Origin: Azolla caroliniana
Taxonomy: Eukaryota > Plantae > Polypodiophyta
Length of the DNA: 15,110 bases
Direction of reading: 5' to 3'
Assembly (NCBI GenBank): GCA_043228905.1
Contig: JBHGNT010000816.1
Span: 1-15,110 of the forward strand
Position 1 is the first letter of the stretch. Each line of letters opens with the position of its first letter. Position numbers and translations under genes: made by a program. The notes beneath the pieces were generated by a model. That model was not told the origin of the DNA. It ran no database searches and worked only from the letters and a program-made list of their open reading frames with translations. This document shows, piece by piece, positions 12,201-15,110 of the stretch.

Positions 12201-13282
12201 ACGTCTCCTATGCCGGCAATCCGGCACGTACCTTCGTTTCCCATCCGAACACAGCCATGCTCGCCGGCTATGTAGGATGAGAAGTATCTTCTCTCCGGGG
12301 TCAGGTGGAACGATGCTCCGGAATCGACCACCCAGGTCGTCTCATCGCCGGCAATGTTTAGTTCACCTTCTTCGGTGATGAGCATGATCTCCTCTTCACT
12401 TGCCGCGAGTGCCGTCGTTCCTTTCCGGTCCTGTCCTCGCCGATCCGAACCATTCCGGTCCGTGGCTCCCCGGTATGCACCGTTTCTCTCCGGTGACTTC
12501 TTCGAATCGGTGTTGTCGGTTCCATTGTCTTTTCGGTAATGCCGACAATTCTTTCGGAAGTGCCCCGGCTTCCCACAGTGGAAGCATGTGGGCCTTCCTC
12601 TTGACTGCGACCGGGTCCCCGACTTCTCCCGTCTTTGCGGACTCCGGTTCCATTGTCTTCCCCGATCCGATTCGGTAAACAACATCTTCGGGTCGGAGGC
12701 CGGTTCCTTATCTCTCCGACGCGCTTCTTCATTCAAAATACTTGTCTTTACCGTTTGTAAGGACAAGTTATCTTCGGTGCAGGAGGTGCTGAGAGTCACC
12801 ACCAAGTTCTCCCAGCTTTCTGGCAATGTACACATCAGGATGATGGCTTGCATTGCATCCTCCAACGGGAACTTAATCGCCGCAAGCTGGTTCACGAATC
12901 CCATGAACGTGCTTACGTGTTCAACCATACTCTCGCCGTCCCGGTACTTGAGGTTCACAACCTTCCTCATCAGGGAGGTCCGGTTCAACGCATTCTTCCT
13001 CTCGTAGAGGCCCGACAGCTTCTTCCACATCTCATATGCGTTGGTGTCGTTCGCCACATGTTGTAGGACGCTTACATCGACATATTGTCGGATCGTCGCT
13101 ACGGCTTTCCGGTTCAGGAGCTTCCACTCCGACTCAAGTACCCCCTTCGGTATTTCCGACCTGTCAATCGGTTCGTACAGGTCCCGAACAATCAGAAGAT
13201 CCTCCATCTTGACCTTCCAGTCGGCGTAATTCTGTGCATTCAGCACCATCATCCCCGGCTGCCCGCTGCCGCCGCCTTCCAT
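9206..13282 (-). CDS. Ty1/copia gag-pol polyprotein (1358 aa from the first ATG after the PBS)
   Basis: Zn knuckle CFHCGKPGHFRKNC; protease WVVDSGAS; integrase WHKRLCH..CTDC, HTDV, ADNGGEY, AERMNRT, GKLDPK; RT YKARIVVKGF, QMDVKTAFLHG, LKKSLYGLKQAPRQW, YVDD; RNase H TDSD, EAEY, DSQSA, SDMLTK. No stops or frameshifts. The ORF-track start at 13327 lies inside the LTR, so ATG 13282 is preferred. Confidence 0.97.
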   Translation of the reverse strand: MEGGGSGQPGMMVLNAQNYADWKVKMEDLLIVRDLYEPIDRSEIPKGVLESEWKLLNRKAVATIRQYVDVSVLQHVANDTNAYEMWKKLSGLYERKNALNRTSLMRKVVNLKYRDGESMVEHVSTFMGFVNQLAAIKFPLEDAMQAIILMCTLPESWENLVVTLSTSCTEDNLSLQTVKTSILNEEARRRDKEPASDPKMLFTESDRGRQWNRSPQRREKSGTRSQSRGRPTCFHCGKPGHFRKNCRHYRKDNGTDNTDSKKSPERNGAYRGATDRNGSDRRGQDRKGTTALAASEEEIMLITEEGELNIAGDETTWVVDSGASFHLTPERRYFSSYIAGEHGCVRMGNEGTCRIAGIGDVWLTTPTGCKMLLKNVRHVPEVRLNLISAGRLDDEGYTGSIRNGVMKFSKGSLIVARARKVNTLYLMNARLCPKELNVAADTAGELWHKRLCHMSEKGMKRLAEDNLIPVKHVHLEKCTDCLAGKQNRTSFHSRPPTRRSAPLELVHTDVCQVETKSHGGAQYFVTFIDDHSRRLWTAPLKTKDQVLCVFKELHARVERESGKKLKAIRADNGGEYRGQFQEYCRSKGIRLEFTVPKTPELNGLAERMNRTIMERVRSMLAHAKLPKGFWAEAMSTATYVINRSPSVPLDGDTPQRVWTSREVSYRHLKVFGCLAYVHVAKDRRGKLDPKTRPCIFLGYGDDEFGYRVWDPVDKKIFRSRDIVFMEDKTLADWESEKKMKSSKSTGEDKLYEEQSRPARDRLALEDPVEDGEETEPAEEDENDTGTGPDPEIDSDEEEESEEPVTEAPKRRYPQRERRAPRRFPELEHVLLTDEGEPESFEEAKHDTQSRRWLSAMQDEMDSLHENHTYELVELPKGKRALRNKWVFKLKPGDAGKPPRYKARIVVKGFQQKKGVDFDEIFAPVVKMTSIRTVLSIAASMDLEVEQMDVKTAFLHGDLDEEIYMQQPEGFEKKGKEHLVCRLKKSLYGLKQAPRQWYRKFDSFMTDEGYLKTQSDHCVFVKKFEGGDFLILLLYVDDMLIVGRDQVKIRMLKKALHRTFSMKDLGPARQILGMHIIRDRSKKQLWLSQEKYVTKVLKRFNMSEARPVGSTLPTNCKLSSKQSPKTKAEKEDMMKVPYASAVGSLMYAMVCTRPDIGYAVGVVSRYMSNPGKEHWNAAKWILRYLKGTANVCLRFGSGKPELDGFTDSDMSADADTSRSTSGYVMTYAGGAVSWQSRLQKTVALSTTEAEYMAAVEAGKEIIWMKDFIRELGIRQEEYRLYCDSQSAIHLAKNAAYHSRTKHIQRRYHWIRERIEDKEFVLTKIHTDENGSDMLTKVLTPDKLEACRKRIGLERHPMPK

Positions 13283-13296
13283 TTTCTGCAACAGTC

Positions 13297-13308
13297 GCTC
13301 TGATACCA
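13297..13308 (-). promoter_or_regulatory. Primer-binding site (initiator tRNA-Met)
   Basis: TGGTATCAGAGC 3 nt after the 5' LTR; the canonical plant tRNAi-Met PBS. Confidence 0.96.
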
Positions 13309-13311
13309 GTT

Positions 13312-13931
13312 TGTCGAGAATCAGCACTTCGATTCACCTTCTTCGCTCGGCCACAACCGAGTAATCGCGGATCAATGCAGCAGAAAATAGGAACCACACG
13401 AGAAACAAAAAAAAACAACGCGAGTACACAGGGATTAACGTGGAAAACCCAAACGGGAAAAACCACGGGAGTACAAGACTCCAACCCAACACTATACAGA
13501 GAAGTATACAATGGCGAGCTGCAAGGCGACGACCTTGAGCTCGCTGTCCTCGCCACAGGCGGCGGAAATACACAGAGGCGTCTACCTCTTCCTCTCTCGC
13601 GCTCTATCTCTCTCTCTCTCTCTCTCACGGCTGCTTACACTTCACTCCTCTTGAGTGGAAAAACAGAAAAATAAGAAGCAACAACAAAACTGTTTGCCCT
13701 AAGTCATATTTATACTTATATGACTTTGGGCTATTTACAACTGTAGCCACAGGGGCCCATAGCGAACATATTCACGGATATGTCCCTGCATCCGGATCGC
13801 TCTCCGGGTACATTCGTCATCCGGTACCGAAACCGGGGTCTTCGTCATCCGGATCCGAAACCGAAACCGGGCTTGTCGGCATTCATCTCCGATATCCGAC
13901 CATCCCATCCGAAGGGACCGTAATCCCAACA
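13312..13931 (-). repeat. 5' LTR of copia B (620 bp)
   Basis: Direct repeat of 8576-9195 (offset 4736). Termini TGTTG...CGACA on the minus strand, adjacent to the PBS. Confidence 0.97.
13707..13714 (-). promoter_or_regulatory. Probable TATA box of the copia 5' LTR (copy at 8971-8978 in the 3' LTR)
   Basis: TATAAATA on the minus strand. The roughly 400-nt leader from the expected TSS to 13282 contains no ATG. Confidence 0.7.
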
Positions 13932-14058
13932 CTATTAACCAATTGTCCCCTTCTAGACCCGACTTTTGGATTTGGGTTCTAGCATGGTGAACATAGTTTT
14001 CTAGCGAGGAAAACTTCCTACTAGAGAGGTTCATTAAAGCTTGTGCTACCTCGAGCAT
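13932..14058 (-). pseudogene. Upstream fragment of element A gag, split off by the copia insertion
   Basis: Reads ...SSLENYVHHARTQIQKSGLEGDNWLI. Removing the copia and one TSD copy joins it in frame to ACFVNGIPNSDY...PKSFEEAIEI at 8570 and below. Confidence 0.8.
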
Positions 14059-14069
14059 ATATTAATTGG

Positions 14070-15110
14070 TGTCTTTTAGAAATATATCCAATTTCCAAAT
14101 ATTTCACACACCTATTACATTGTGCTCCTCATCCTTATATAGTGATGAGAGAGTCTTAACAATCCATGCTTTTTCTATAGATAGACTCTATGCTTTTTCT
14201 AAAGTGTTCATGCACACTAAATGTGCATGAGTTGCTTTTTACACTATGCTTTTATTTCCTAAATATAATGCTCATGCTCGTTAGATGTGCATGAGTAATA
14301 TTTTATTGGTTTACATTTTTCTTATAAATAAAGTATTCACACACTCTAAAAATGCATGACTTACCTTTTTAATAAAGGTAGGCGTAAATAAAGGTCTTAT
14401 AGGTATTAAATCTATGTTTAGAACACTAAGGATAAGTTAGTGCAATGGTACGGTTGGGGTTTGCCTATGTGGAGGTATAGGGTTTGAATCTTGCCCTATG
14501 CACATAATAAATATTTTTTTAATATTGTATTTTATTTATTATACGTACTTTAAATCAGATATTGTATTTTATAGATTTCACGTAGTGTGTGATTCACACT
14601 ATGACACTCGCCCCCTCCGAACCCGCACATCCTCTGGTATGTGCTGAAGCTATCGGTGATTGTTAGTCTCATCTGTTCGGTCTCCGCCCGGTTGGTTTTG
14701 TCGCTGGTCGTGCTTGGTTGCCAGCTCCGCTTGATTTCTAGTTTTTAGTTGCTTGCTCCACCCGGTTACCGGTTGCCGACTCTCGTATTTCTCCTTTACT
14801 CACAATCCCCTCCGTTTCTCTTGCTATGTCGACTTTGTCTCTCCATTTTGAGCACGTCCATTCTTTCCACCCGAACCATTGTCGCCATCCAATCCACCAT
14901 ATTCTTTGTTCTCGCTTTGCATTGCCATGGCCGGTTGTCATGGCTCCTTGTGATCCTCTTGAGCTGTCATGTGCATGTGCCATGCTTCCCACTTTGTGCA
15001 CCTTTGTCGTATAATCTCGCGTTAGAGTTGATAATCTTCATGTTAGAGCTCACCGTCTTTGTTAAGATCTCATTGTTAATAATACCCTTCAAATCTGCTT
15101 GGCCCTTGTT
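14070..15110 (-). mobile_element. 3' end of a third LTR retrotransposon (element C): internal tail, PPT (14607-14618) and probable LTR (about 14070-14606)
   Basis: GGAGGGGGCGAG is followed directly by TGTCA at 14606, with a sharp composition change there. TATA-like TATATAAG at about 14135-14141 and a possible ...GACA end at 14070. No similarity to the LTRs of A or B, and no recognisable protein domain in the window. Confidence 0.5.
14431..14503 (+). other. Degenerate tRNA-like / SINE-head sequence with Pol III A and B boxes
   Basis: A-box-like TAGTGCAATGG at 14438-14448 and B-box-like GGTTTGAATC at 14481-14490, 43 nt apart as in tRNAs, followed by an AT-rich tail. I could not fold a clean cloverleaf. 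Confidence 0.45.

Larger units (their letters stand above)
8576..13931 (-). mobile_element. Full-length intact Ty1/copia LTR retrotransposon (element B, 5356 bp; Tnt1/Tto1-like, Tork/TAR-type by motif resemblance)
   Basis: Two 620-bp TG...CA LTRs, 5-bp TSD ctatt (8571-8575 and 13932-13936), PBS, PPT and a single gag-PR-INT-RT-RH ORF. The lineage call is by eye, not from a tree. Confidence 0.98.
4744..14060 (-). mobile_element. Degenerate Ty3/gypsy chromovirus (element A), 5'-truncated in this window and interrupted by copia element B
   Basis: Domain order gag-PR-RT-RH-INT-chromodomain on the minus strand, followed by a PPT and an LTR. Multiple stops, frameshifts and deletions. No matching 5' LTR in the window. 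Outer boundaries are approximate. Confidence 0.9.

Noticed and set aside
9221-13303. Many plus-strand and alternate-frame ORFs (60-211 aa) overlapping the copia ORF
   Set aside because: Shadow ORFs expected from GC-rich coding DNA; no motifs of their own.
13283-13327. N-terminal extension MLILDKLVSERLLQK of the 1373-aa ORF
   Set aside because: Non-ATG start inside U5/PBS; the first ATG is at 13282.
14431-14503. Functional tRNA gene
   Set aside because: Acceptor and anticodon stems do not pair and the B box is mutated; kept only as a tRNA-like relic.
14070-14606. Candidate 5' LTR of gypsy A
   Set aside because: No similarity to 4744-5324, no PBS between it and gag, and it is preceded by a PPT, as a 3' LTR would be.

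Overview
Plant (land-plant-like) nuclear DNA. The left end holds an intact two-exon ubiquitin-conjugating enzyme gene (UBC8/UBE2D-type E2, 148 aa, minus strand). Its single intron is built partly from decayed copies of its own exon-2 acceptor region. About 2.9 kb of AT-rich intergenic DNA follows, then a nest of LTR retrotransposons, all on the minus strand. (A) A degenerate Ty3/gypsy chromovirus: 3' LTR, chromodomain, integrase, RNase H, RT with its catalytic core deleted, protease and gag. (B) A structurally intact, very young, GC/CpG-rich Ty1/copia element at 8576-13931, with 620-bp LTRs differing at one base, a CTATT TSD, a Met-tRNA PBS, a PPT and one uninterrupted 1358-aa ORF; it is inserted into the gag of A. 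(C) The PPT plus a probable LTR of a third, unrelated element, which replaces the 5' part of A and contains a tRNA-like Pol III A/B-box cassette. I found no wholly new multi-gene system. The most unusual signals are the UBC intron architecture, the compositionally foreign intact copia element and the tRNA-like cassette.
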